Source of the DNA: Sulfurospirillum sp. | GTDB lineage: Bacteria > Campylobacterota > Campylobacteria > Campylobacterales > Sulfurospirillaceae | Assembly (NCBI GenBank): GCA_045047115.1 | Contig: JASFYR010000038.1 | Location: forward strand, 1-54,425 | DNA length: 54,425 nucleotides | Reading direction: 5' to 3' | Shown here: piece by piece, positions 40,318 through 51,300 of the stretch | Numbering within the stretch: position 1 is the stretch's first letter | Layout: each line of letters opens with the position of its first letter | Made by a program: the position numbers and the translations under genes | The notes under the pieces: model-generated | The model's database searches: none | Told to the model about the DNA's origin: nothing | The model's input: the letters and a program-made list of their open reading frames with translations, nothing else

Positions 40318-41105
40318 GTAAAGTGATATACGAGATAAAAGATTTGAAAAAATATTATGAGATAAATCTTGGACTCTTCAAAAAACCAAAAATAATAAAA
40401 GCACTCAATGGTGTCTCTTTTGATGTCAAAAAAGGTGAAGTTTTAAGCATAGTCGGTGAAAGTGGCTGTGGAAAATCGACTACTGCAAAACTTATCCTAA
40501 AGATAGAAGAACCGACAGGTGGTAAGATTCTTTTTAATGGTGAAGATATAACCAAACTAGAGCACCATGAGTTAAGTGAGTACAGAAAAAAGGTCCAAAT
40601 CATCTTTCAAGACCCCTACTCCTCTTTAAATCCAAGATGGAAAGTCGGAACCATCATCGGTGAGCCACTGAAACTAAATACCGATATGAGTGATAAAGAG
40701 ATAAAAGAGAGAGTTTTATACCTGATGGATAAAGTCGGTATGCACCCTGACTGGTACGAGAGATACCCTCACCAATTTTCAGGTGGCCAAAGACAGAGGA
40801 TAGGGATAGCCAGAGCATTGGCTCTAAATCCGGAGATTATAGTCTGCGATGAGCCTGTAAGTGCACTTGATGTCTCTATACAGGCTCAAGTTTTGAACCT
40901 GCTTTTGGATTTACAAGAGGAGTTTAACTTAACATATATATTTATTTCTCATGATTTAAGTGTTGTTGAGCATATTTCAGATAGAATTGTAGTTATGTAC
41001 TTTGGAGATATAGTGGAGCTAAAAAGTGTAGATGAACTCTTTAGCAACCCTGAAGCTGACTATACAAAAAAGCTTCTTAGCGCAATTCCGACGATAAAGG
41101 ATTAA
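40314..41105 (+). CDS. dppF: Dipeptide ABC transporter ATPase
   Basis: [26 protein letters not shown] and DEPVSALD. Confidence 0.93.
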   Translation: MSKVIYEIKDLKKYYEINLGLFKKPKIIKALNGVSFDVKKGEVLSIVGESGCGKSTTAKLILKIEEPTGGKILFNGEDITKLEHHELSEYRKKVQIIFQDPYSSLNPRWKVGTIIGEPLKLNTDMSDKEIKERVLYLMDKVGMHPDWYERYPHQFSGGQRQRIGIARALALNPEIIVCDEPVSALDVSIQAQVLNLLLDLQEEFNLTYIFISHDLSVVEHISDRIVVMYFGDIVELKSVDELFSNPEADYTKKLLSAIPTIKD

Positions 41106-41112
41106 AAACATA

Positions 41113-42045
41113 ATGGAAGAGACACTAGAAGAGAAAAAGATACTTTCATATCTCTTGGACTACAGAGAGTGGGGGATATTTTTAAAAAGATTTATACTGA
41201 TTATTGTATTGGCAATCATCGCATTTGCGCTTTGGTTTTTTCCCATAAGCCTTATAGTTGCACCTTTTTACAGTATAACAACAGACAAAGTTCCGACCAT
41301 AAAGGTTTATCCAAAACTAGTCGGAGAAACAACAACAGATGCCCTAAAGAGTGGTTTGCAAAATTTGTTAAACGAGGGACTGGTTACAAACTTTGTGGGT
41401 GTGAGAACTTGGATAGACAACAAGTACTACCAGCAAGTCGGTGAGATAGAGATGTATAGAATCGGATTGTATACACTTGAAAACAACCTGGCAAGAAACC
41501 GAGGAACAGGCGGAGCAAACGAGCATATAGTCCAGGCAAGGTCAGATGTATATGCCGATTTTAGAATCCCAATATTTACCAGCTACAGCACAAGAGTCAA
41601 AGAAGCGATAGCAAATATAGATATATATCTGAAACAGCTAAAAGAGGACAAAAACAAAGATATGGCAAAAAAGAGAGCTGTCTTTATAGTCAACTCCGAT
41701 AACCTCGCAGTTGCGCTTGACAGACTTAAACAGCAACTTCAAACAAATCTGATGTTAAAAACTACCTTTAGCACCCAAGACGATAAGTTTTATCGCATCA
41801 AAGGTAATTTGATAGCCATGTACTATATCTTAAAAGGTATAGAGTATGATTTTAAAAACAAGATGATAGATAAAACCTCTTATGAAGAGAATTTTATACC
41901 TATGATGAATCTGCTCAAACAAGCCATAGCTCAAAACCATATCGTAGTTTTGGAATCACTTGGACATCTCTCAAAACTTGTCAAAGATGCCAGCCTGATT
42001 TCACAAAAGTTAGCAGAATTAAGAGATAAATTAAGGAATGGATAA
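41113..42045 (+). CDS. Membrane-anchored DUF2333-like protein
   Basis: Single N-terminal TM. WIDN...QVG, NSDNL..ALD and DDKFYRIKG resemble DUF2333 motifs. Confidence 0.6.
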   Translation: MEETLEEKKILSYLLDYREWGIFLKRFILIIVLAIIAFALWFFPISLIVAPFYSITTDKVPTIKVYPKLVGETTTDALKSGLQNLLNEGLVTNFVGVRTWIDNKYYQQVGEIEMYRIGLYTLENNLARNRGTGGANEHIVQARSDVYADFRIPIFTSYSTRVKEAIANIDIYLKQLKEDKNKDMAKKRAVFIVNSDNLAVALDRLKQQLQTNLMLKTTFSTQDDKFYRIKGNLIAMYYILKGIEYDFKNKMIDKTSYEENFIPMMNLLKQAIAQNHIVVLESLGHLSKLVKDASLISQKLAELRDKLRNG

Positions 42046-42053
42046 TGGATGAG

Positions 42054-42299
42054 ATGAATATAATTATAGCATACTGTGTAGTTTGAAACTATTTGCCAAG
42101 AGCTTCCCGTGCGGAAGAAGAGATAAAAGAGGCATTTAGTGACGCTAAAGTTACACTGGTCCCAGGCGAAAGAGGCGCTTTTGAAGTGACCCTGAACGGA
42201 AAATTGATTTTTTCAAAACTGTTTAAAGTAGGTACTTTCATAGAGAGATTTCCAGATCCGGGTGAGCTTGTAAAGTTGATAAAAAAAGAGGGCTATTAA
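42054..42299 (+). CDS. SelT/SelW/SelH (Rdx) family selenoprotein
   Basis: MNIIIAYCVV-U-NYLPRASRAEEEI...GAFEV...LIFSK...RFP. In-frame TGA at 42084-42086 sits in a CxxU motif. Confidence 0.9.
42103..42117 (+). promoter_or_regulatory. Candidate bacterial SECIS hairpin
   Basis: CTTCC-CGTGC-GGAAG starts 16 nt after the UGA, with GU near the start of the loop. Confidence 0.65.
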
Positions 42300-42308
42300 T
42301 TAGCCCTC

Positions 42309-43579
42309 ATGAGTGATAAAAAACTTCTCAAAACCGCTTTTTTAAACTTTTAGAAGAGATCTCGCCACAAAAACTGGTAGAATCTGGATGTAGCTTTGAT
42401 AATGATATACTCAAAATTCAAAACCGCTTATATGATTTGAAAAAATATAACAATATATATCTTTTCGGCTCCGGTAAAGCAGTCTTACCAATGGCAGAAA
42501 CTATGCAAAAAATCTTGAAAGAGAGGATTAAAAAGAGTTTCCTGGTAGGAGCTTACAAACAAAATATCAATCTAAAAAACACAACCTACATGCAGAGCTC
42601 CCATCCGTTGCCTACTCAAAAAAGTATAGATTTTACTAAAAAATTGATACTTGAGTTAGACAAACTAGGTAAAAATGATTTTTTCATATATCTTCTCTCA
42701 GGTGGAACTTCTGCGCTTTTAGAGCTTCCTGAAGCATGTATAAGCTTGGAAGATATACAAAAAACGACAGATATAATGCTTAAAAATGCCCTGCCGATAG
42801 AGGATATAAACTGCATAAGAAAACATATCTCCAGTATCAAGGGTGGAAAACTGGGTAAACACATAAAAGCAAATGGGGTTGTACTTGTATTAAGCGATGT
42901 TTTAGATAATAACCTCCAATCCATTGGCTCTGCACCACTCTATTTTGACAGCACTACATTTAATGATGCCCTGTCTTGTCTCAATAGCTATGGTATTTTT
43001 GATGCCATCCCTAAAAATGTACAAAAATTTATCACTGAGGGCATAGAACTCAAGCAAAAAGAGACTCTAAAAAATGAGCACAAAAACATAAAACACTTTA
43101 TACTTGGTTCCAATAAAATAGTGCTTCAAAAAGCAAAAGAGATACTGGAAAAGCAAATAAAAACTACCATAATAGACAAACCTGTAAAAGATGAAGTAGA
43201 TATAGAGACTCAAAGATTGTTGGCTTTCACAAAAGCAAACAGCGGCGAGAGAGCCTGCTTTATATTTGGTGCGGAGTGCACCGTAAAAGCAAACAAAAAT
43301 GGAATAGGAGGCAGAAATCAACACCTTGGACTTAATTTTTTAGACAAATTTAGATCCAAAGCAACCCTGCTTTTTGCCGCAACAGACGGTGTTGATGGAA
43401 ATAGCGATGCCGCAGGAGTGGTGATAGAAACTAACAGCAAATCCAAGGATAATTCAGATGCAATTAGAGCATATCTGAGGGATTTTAATTCAAATCTATA
43501 TTTCCAAAAAAACAAATCTCTCGTAGTGACAGGACCTACTCATAATAATCTTTTAGATATAATTATGATGATATTATAA
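42309..43579 (+). pseudogene. Glycerate 2-kinase (GckA/TtuD/MOFRL family), frameshifted near the 5' end
   Basis: GSGKA, SHPLP, LSGGTSAL, IKGGKL, GGRNQ, TDGVDGNS and TGPTHNN. The ATG 42309 frame ends at TAG after 14 codons; the body frame is open from ~42317. One missing base (e.g. in T6 at 42338-42343) would join them. May be a sequencing error. Confidence 0.8.
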
Positions 43580-43591
43580 AAGGAATTTTAA

Positions 43592-44419
43592 ATGATAAAA
43601 AAATGTCTATTTCCCGCAGCAGGATATGGCACAAGATTTTTACCTGCTACAAAAGCTATGCCAAAAGAGATGCTTCCTATACTCACAAAACCTCTTATTC
43701 AGTATGGAGTAGAAGAGGCCATGGAAGCCGGATGCAACATCATGGCTATCATAACAGGACGTGGAAAGAGAGCCATAACAGACCATTTTGATATATCGTA
43801 TGAGCTTGAACATCAGATAAAAGGCACTTCAAAAGAATCTCTATTGACAGATATAAGAGAACTTATAGAGACATGCACTTTTACATATACCAGACAAAAC
43901 AAAATGAACGGTCTAGGAGATGCGATATATAAGGGCAAAGCACTTGTCGGTGAAAAGTTCCCTTTTGCTGTAGTGTTGGCTGATGATCTTTGTATAAACC
44001 CTGATGGCGATGGCATATTGACACAAATGGCACAACTATACGAAAAATACAAATGTTGTATCGTAGCTACGATGGAAGTCCCAAAAAACGACACCGACAA
44101 GTATGGAATCATAGAAGGAAAAGAGCTAGAAGACGGTGTTTTTATGGTATCAAATATGATAGAAAAACCTGACATCAAAAGTGCCCCAAGCAACTTGGCG
44201 GTCATAGGTAGATACATACTGACTCCGGATATATTTCCACTTATAAAAGCTACAAAACCGGGCAAGAACGGTGAAATTCAGATAACAGACGCTCTTTGCA
44301 AAATGGCCCAGAAAGGTATGGTTGTAGCTTATAAATTCAAAGGCAAAAGATTTGATTGTGGAAGCATAGATGGTTTTGTAAAGGCTACAAATTATTTTTA
44401 TAGCTTAAAGGCCGATTAG
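43592..44419 (+). CDS. galU: UTP--glucose-1-phosphate uridylyltransferase
   Basis: PAAGYGTRFLPATKAMPKEMLP, IEKP and GEIQITDA. Confidence 0.97.
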   Translation: MIKKCLFPAAGYGTRFLPATKAMPKEMLPILTKPLIQYGVEEAMEAGCNIMAIITGRGKRAITDHFDISYELEHQIKGTSKESLLTDIRELIETCTFTYTRQNKMNGLGDAIYKGKALVGEKFPFAVVLADDLCINPDGDGILTQMAQLYEKYKCCIVATMEVPKNDTDKYGIIEGKELEDGVFMVSNMIEKPDIKSAPSNLAVIGRYILTPDIFPLIKATKPGKNGEIQITDALCKMAQKGMVVAYKFKGKRFDCGSIDGFVKATNYFYSLKAD

Positions 44420-44447
44420 TTTACATTTTATACTGCAAATAAATCTA

Positions 44448-46411
44448 TTATTCTTTGGCTGGAGCAATTGAAAATCTGATAATATATCTGTATTTTTTAT
44501 CATCAACAATCTCTATAGAGCCGTCTAGTTGATTCATAATCAAAGAATCAACTAGTTTTAAGCCTAGCGTCTTATGGCCCTTTTGCATCTGTTTGCACCC
44601 TTTTCCGCTATCCCCAATTTTAAGTATATAGTTGTTGTATTCTTTGGAAATATAAATGAAAATTTCACCTCCTGTTTTATCAAAGGCATATTTAAACGAA
44701 TTTGAAATAAGCTCATTGACCACCAACCCGACATATACAGCCTGGACTAGAGGCATTGTGGCATATATATTTTGAGAAATCTTGATACTTTTATCGCCAA
44801 ATCCACTTTGCATCTCTTCACACAACTCACCAATGTATTGGCTCATATCTACATTTGAGATATGTTCGCTATCACAAAGAATCACATGCGTTTTTGCAAT
44901 GGATTTTATGCGATTGCTTAATTTTTCAAACTCCTCCATACTGTGCTTGTTATTGATATTGTGTTGTTGCAACCTTATAATAGAGAGTATAAGCTGTAAA
45001 TTATTTTTAACTCTGTGATGAAGTTCTCTGAAAAGAGTGTTTTTCTCCTCTAGCGCCATTTTTAAATCCTTGGTTTTTTGTTCCACTTCCTCCTCGATCA
45101 TTTTTTGTCTCTCTTGCATTTGAGTTATAAGTTTTGCACTCAAAACCCCTCTTTCTTTAGCCTCACTCACATAATGTAAAAATGTCAAAACAAGATACAA
45201 GACAAAACTTGAAATAAGAGGAAAAATGATATTTATAATTAAACCATAGCTAATAAACAGGTAAAACGCCATATACAAAAACCCAAAAATCAACAAAAGA
45301 GAAGAAAATGCATTTTTAAACGGACCTGTTAGAGAAAAAAGTAATACAAAGATCAGCACAATACAAATCATTACTGCATCCACCGCCTCTATCCAGCTCG
45401 GTCTAATTAAGAAATTTTGATTTAGAATATTGTCTATTGCAGATGCTAAAATCTCAACTTTGGCAAATGTACTGTCTATCGGAGTTGCTCTCATATGCTC
45501 ATTTGCACTGGTTTTGCCAATCAAAACTATCTTGTCTTTTATGTAATTTTCATCAAAATTGTTACTGTAAATATCCTGTGCATTTATATATTTATATGTT
45601 TTTGATTTGCCTTTAAAATTTAACATCAATCTGCCAAATCTATCGGTTGCTATAACAAAATCTCCTAATCTTATATCATCTATCCCGACTTTTGAGTAGT
45701 CTATGGTTATCTGTTTGATTTTCTTAATATATCTTACAATCTCCAAAACAAGTGAAGAGTATATGGAATCTTTATATCTAATCAAAAGCGGAAGACTTCT
45801 CACTACTCCGTCTTCGTCTGAAATTATATTTATAAAGCCACTTGAAAAGGCACTCTCTTGCAATACCTTTATATTTGAGACTATGCCTTGGGCTCTGGGT
45901 AAAAATTCAAAGCCTTGATAGTTTTTTTGGATCATTATACGGTTTAAATTTGGAAATTCACCTCTTTTTATGTTTGAATTAAAACTAAACATATAGCTTA
46001 AAACCACGGGTGCCTGTTTGAGACTTTTTGCAAGCAACTCATCATAATCCACCATCAAATCACCATTAAAGTTCATTTTCTGCAAAACTCTTCTTGGAGA
46101 GCTGTTGTCAAACTCTGAAAACACCATATCTATACCTATCACTTTTGCTTTAGCATTTTTCAGGTTGTCTATCACTTTTGCCATCATCTCTCTTGAAAAA
46201 GAGCCAAGACTTTCAAGGGTTTTGTCATCAATATCAACTATGACTATGTCTTTATCACTCTCTTTAGCACCTCTTGTATCAAAAACAGATCTGTAAACTT
46301 ACTGTTTATTTTCTCAAAAAAGGGTATATTTTGCATATACAAAAAAGATGAAAAGCCCCCTATAAAAAGTGTTATTAAAATCTCCAAGATTATTATCTGT
46401 TTTTTATTCAA
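44448..46411 (-). CDS. CHASE2 sensor histidine kinase (HisKA_2 type), frameshifted near the 5' end
   Basis: IVIVDIDD...SRE, DEDGVVR and DKIVLIG (CHASE2); 3 TM; RELHHRVKNNLQ and NELISNSFKYAF. The TTG 46411 frame encodes the first TM and joins if the A5 at 46281-46285 were A6. Confidence 0.85.
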
Positions 46412-46415
46412 AACT

Positions 46416-48356
46416 CTACTTTATCTTAATATTTAGCACTTTACTCTCAGATATATTTCCACTTTTATCATAGACTTTTAGCATATAAAAATAGCTTCCT
46501 TTTTTAGAAATTACCCTGTCCCTAAAGCTTTTACCTATAGCAAAACTTGAAATTTTATAGTATCTAATATCATTTCCAAAACTCTTATAAACCTCAAAAC
46601 CACTATAGTCTTTATCTCTACAAATGAAGGAGAGTTTTATACTCTTTTTGGATAAAACTGCCTTAAAATTCTCTATGACTGGCGGTGTTGTATCTACTGT
46701 TTTTATAGATATCATACTCTTTTTAGCTGATTCGTTTCCACTTCTATCCACAGCTGTAACCAGATATAAAACTTTGCCTTTTTTAGGTGGATTTAAATCC
46801 TCAAAACTATTTATTTTGATTGGTTTTTTATTGACTTTTTGAAACTTTTTACCAAATCTTACATATACATTATAGTGATCCAAATCATACACCAAAACTC
46901 TATCCCACTTCAGATAAACTCTGTTCGGATAGACTATAAACTTAAGTATCTTCGGCTCTCTGGGTGGTGTAACATCAGGTAGTTTTGTTTTTACTATATT
47001 TGAAAATCTGCTTTCGTTGAAGCTTTTATCTACGGCAACTACAGCATAATAGTATGGATATCTACTTAAACTCTTCTCTTTTTTATGTATAAATTTGGTA
47101 TTTTTTATAGCCTTTTTTGTTATCAAACTCCAATCTTTTGCCTCTTTATCCATAGACATATAGACTCTGTATCCTAACAAATCATCACTTTTTACACCCT
47201 TCCACTTAAGCTTCACCAAGCCTGGTTCAACAGAAAACTGTAAAGTTTTTAGAGTTGGAGGAGGAGTCACATCTCTGGCATATGCCAACATCTTCATTGA
47301 TGGTTTTGATTCTCCTCTTAAATCCAAAGAGCTTACATAATAGTAGTAAGTTTGGTTGGATTTAAAATTTTTATCCTGATATATTTGTTTTTTTATCGGT
47401 TTTTTATTTAACTTCTTATAGCCACCTTTATAGTTCATGCTTCTATAAACATTATAACCTATCACTTTCGGAACTTTTCTCCATCGAAGAGTTATAACTT
47501 TATCGCTGTTTTTTATAAAAATATGTTGTACAATTTTTGGCTTTTGACTTACTAGTCTTTTTGCCTTTATGCTATACGAAGGCTTGCCTTCCTTGCCAAA
47601 AAAATCAACCTTTTTTACATAGTAGCTGGCAGATTGATTCTTTTTCAAACTCTTGTCCCTATAAAATGACTTTGATTTTTTTGCAAAAGAAGGAGTCACA
47701 TAAACAGGAGTCGAATTTAGCCTCTTAAACTTCTTTTCACCTTGTAATTTTCTATATATATTGTAAAATCCCGACTCTTTCCCACTATCCCATTTGATAC
47801 CCACTCCCCATTCATACCCTTTTGCTTGCATCCAAAATATACCACTTAAATATTTTTTATTTGCTGTATTGGCGTTCACACTCGCTTCTGATATCTTCTT
47901 GTCGTTTTTAAACAAAACCACTCTGTATATATATTTTTTGGACTTTTTTACTCCAGTATCTATAAAAAATTGTCCCAAATTTTTAGCAAAATTATTATCT
48001 TCAAGCAGTTTTAAAACTCTAAAACCGCCGGCTACCTGTTCAGCTTTGGCTACGGCAATCTCATCATCTATATTTTTTACATCTTTGAAAGGATAGACTA
48101 AAAAGATATAGTCTTTGCTGTATTTTGCTTTTTTCAAATCCTTATACGGAACTGCTTTTACAGTGGCTAAAAGCTTCTCTTTTTCTCCATCAGTTTTTCT
48201 ATATATTTTATACACATTTTTACTGGAATACTTTTTTGGTATCCACTTGAGAAGAATTTTATTATCTTGCACATTTGCATACAATCCCAAATCTCCGCTA
48301 CTTTTTGCATAAACGGTACCTAACAATATCAATATAATTAAAAATACTCTTTTCAA
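46416..48356 (-). CDS. Secreted Lys-rich protein with about 6 fibronectin type III domains
   Basis: Signal peptide MKRVFLIILILLGTVYA. Repeated LxW...YxxYR...D...YYY.V.AVD.S.NES units with DVTPP linkers. Confidence 0.85.
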   Translation of the reverse strand: MKRVFLIILILLGTVYAKSSGDLGLYANVQDNKILLKWIPKKYSSKNVYKIYRKTDGEKEKLLATVKAVPYKDLKKAKYSKDYIFLVYPFKDVKNIDDEIAVAKAEQVAGGFRVLKLLEDNNFAKNLGQFFIDTGVKKSKKYIYRVVLFKNDKKISEASVNANTANKKYLSGIFWMQAKGYEWGVGIKWDSGKESGFYNIYRKLQGEKKFKRLNSTPVYVTPSFAKKSKSFYRDKSLKKNQSASYYVKKVDFFGKEGKPSYSIKAKRLVSQKPKIVQHIFIKNSDKVITLRWRKVPKVIGYNVYRSMNYKGGYKKLNKKPIKKQIYQDKNFKSNQTYYYYVSSLDLRGESKPSMKMLAYARDVTPPPTLKTLQFSVEPGLVKLKWKGVKSDDLLGYRVYMSMDKEAKDWSLITKKAIKNTKFIHKKEKSLSRYPYYYAVVAVDKSFNESRFSNIVKTKLPDVTPPREPKILKFIVYPNRVYLKWDRVLVYDLDHYNVYVRFGKKFQKVNKKPIKINSFEDLNPPKKGKVLYLVTAVDRSGNESAKKSMISIKTVDTTPPVIENFKAVLSKKSIKLSFICRDKDYSGFEVYKSFGNDIRYYKISSFAIGKSFRDRVISKKGSYFYMLKVYDKSGNISESKVLNIKIK

Positions 48357-51300
48357 AATGAACCTCCAAGATTAAATTCTGCTCCAACTCCTACACCTTC
48401 ACGAGCTCCACCCATCATGTTGCCGGAATTGTATCCGCCTCCGACATTTCCCATACCGGAGCCATTAGGTGCAAACCCGCCTCCTGCTCCAGGGCTTTCC
48501 CCCGTCACACCGATCAGTTCACCGGCAGAAGCTGCTTCTGTGGCACTGTTTCTTGCCCTATCTTGCGCCTCTTCAACACCCGCTGTTGAGTAGTCTTCTC
48601 CATTTGAGATATTATCTATCGGTATAGTACCTAAAAGCTCATCTGTGGCTCCAACCCTATACTCTATCTTTGCATTTAAGAGATTTATACCGGCTTTTCT
48701 TAGATGCACTATCTTTATACCGTCATCTGTTGAGATTTTTTGTTCACTTCCGTCTTCAAGCCTCCATATAGTCTTAACAATTTTCTTAATACCATAGTAT
48801 GCTCCTATCGCCCCCAATCCGCTATCGGTATCTAGCTTGAACTGTTCCGGATGATCAATGTTTTTACTGATGACCATACTTGGTTCCACCAAATCCTTCA
48901 TGGCATCAAATCGCCTTACGCTCTCCTTATCACTGCTGTTGTATTTCACTCCAAAAGAAGAAAAATATACAATTTGATTTGTGCTGTGATCAGTAACTAT
49001 GATATTGTAAGTATTGTTTGTAAAATATGAGTACAGACTATCCTGACTTGAAGCTTTAAACTCACCAACATCAACATTACTCAATGATGCAGAAGAGATA
49101 TAAGGCGGTATAGCAACTTGGTTGCTGCCTGGGCTACTCTCTCCATCAACCGTATAGTTTTTAAATGGATTTAGATATTCTCCCTCACTGTTTTTAAAAG
49201 TCTCTTTAATCACGCCTGTTTGATTATTCATGCAGAAATGATAAACTCTAAGTGGCGATACAGGTTTAAATACCGACTTAGGTACACCATCACTGGCATC
49301 ATAGAAAAATTGACCGTTTATTGGTTCATTTTTGGCATTTGTAACTTTAACTATGTAATTTCTTATAAGATAGTTACTTGTACCTAAATATTTTACCACC
49401 TCATCGTAATACAAGACAACACTCTCTCCTTCAATTACATCTTGTTGTAAATTTGCCGGATAGACCCTGTCTATGACATCTGAAAACTTCAGTTTATTTT
49501 CACTGCTTACAGTAAACTCTTTGGCAAACTCCTCTCTTTTTACCTCAACCAAACCCTCGCCTGTTATCTCTCCATGATCTCTCAAATATGCTTCAGGCTC
49601 TCCCAAGGCGTCAAACATATCTTCTTGTCCTGCAAAAGTGGCTTTTTCCCTTTGATAATAGTATGAGAGAGTTACATAACCACTCAGCTTATATCTGTGT
49701 CCTGGAATTAAAGCCTGAAATTTCGGTATAACTTTTATCTCGTTTTGGCTAATACGAATCTTATCTATACTTATGATATGGTTATTTGTCAAGTCTCTCA
49801 AATATACACTTTTTACATTACTTATATAATATAGTTTTTCAAAAGTCTCAAAACTACCCTGCATTGAAGAGGCATTTGTTATGTTGGCTCTTGTTTTCAT
49901 ATCCATATCTCCTAGATCAAAATGGCTTCCGTCAGAGTTAAATGTTGTAACTATCTTCATCTTCGGCATAAGACTTACATTATCACCCTCATAAGGTTCT
50001 ATATGATTTACAAGATTTGGTATAGTATCTCCTGATGACGAACTTGGACGATACGGAAAGTATGTCGTAAACGAAGCACTTCCATATATAGGTATATCAA
50101 CATAGGCCCTGACTCTTGCATAGGTTGGATTAGGAGCTCTAAATTTTACGCCCAATCCAGCTCCCAAAGTTCCACTAAACAGATCTCCGTAACCGGCTGT
50201 CATACTAAGGCTTGCCTCGATACTAAAATCCATAAAAAACGGATTATACTGCATGAGAGCATCACCTCTTGCATCTGCCTTCAGCTCAAGGTAAGGATCC
50301 GGACCCCATAAATCTATAGAGAGTCTTTTTTCAAAATGGTAATTGGCACCAAATGCAAGCCTTCTTGTATCAATCATAAAGTAACCTTGAGGTCCCATAT
50401 CAAATATACTGATTTTTACATTACCCAACGGCTCCTCTACATTAAACCCTTCGGCGTGAGGATCTGTGCCTATAAAGACATGTTTTTCAGTTGAGGTAAA
50501 CATAATATCCGCTCCACCATCAACACCTATTCCCATATATTTTATATTTGCACTGGCAGTTATATGTAAAGATGCCGGGGACATGCCTAAAGTAATAGCT
50601 CCATGGATCTTTTTATCAGCAGGAGAGGAGCTTTTAGGGCTCAATATATATGTATCTCCAACCATAACAATCTGTCCGGCACTGTCCACATTTAAATCTA
50701 TCTGCCCATGCCATGTAAATCCCAAATCCGGTGTACCCATCAAAGAGGATAAAATTATGATTATATTTTTTTGTCCGCTTGGAACAAAATCATAGGTGAT
50801 ATTTTGTCCGCTTCCACTTTTACTTATACTCATATTGTAGGCGGCTCCACCTCCTAATTCATATATGGTAACCGGACCCAGAGGAATACCGCTTGGCCCC
50901 AAGCTTCCCTGTGCTTTTGCCATCCAGTAGAGTCCGTTTTTTTGTCCTAATCTAAATGCCCCTTTGACACTAAACATGCTAGCGATAGATAGCTGAAGTG
51001 GACTAGGTGTTCCAAATCCATTGCCGTACACTGGGTCGTTATTGTACCATGCGATTTCACCTGCAAATGTGACAGCAGGGTTATTTACCATAACTTTTAT
51101 GCTATCCACATCTATACTGCCATCACTATACAGTTTCAGTCCTGCTCCGGCTTCTGCAATTTTTAGAGACAGAGTTCCTTTTGTGCTAATATAAAACTTG
51201 TTGTTTAAAAATCCCAATCCAAGCTTTTCTATACTCAATCCGAATCCTCCAAGAGATGCGCTTGCTCCGCTCACATCAAAATCTACCCCGGCACCATCTA

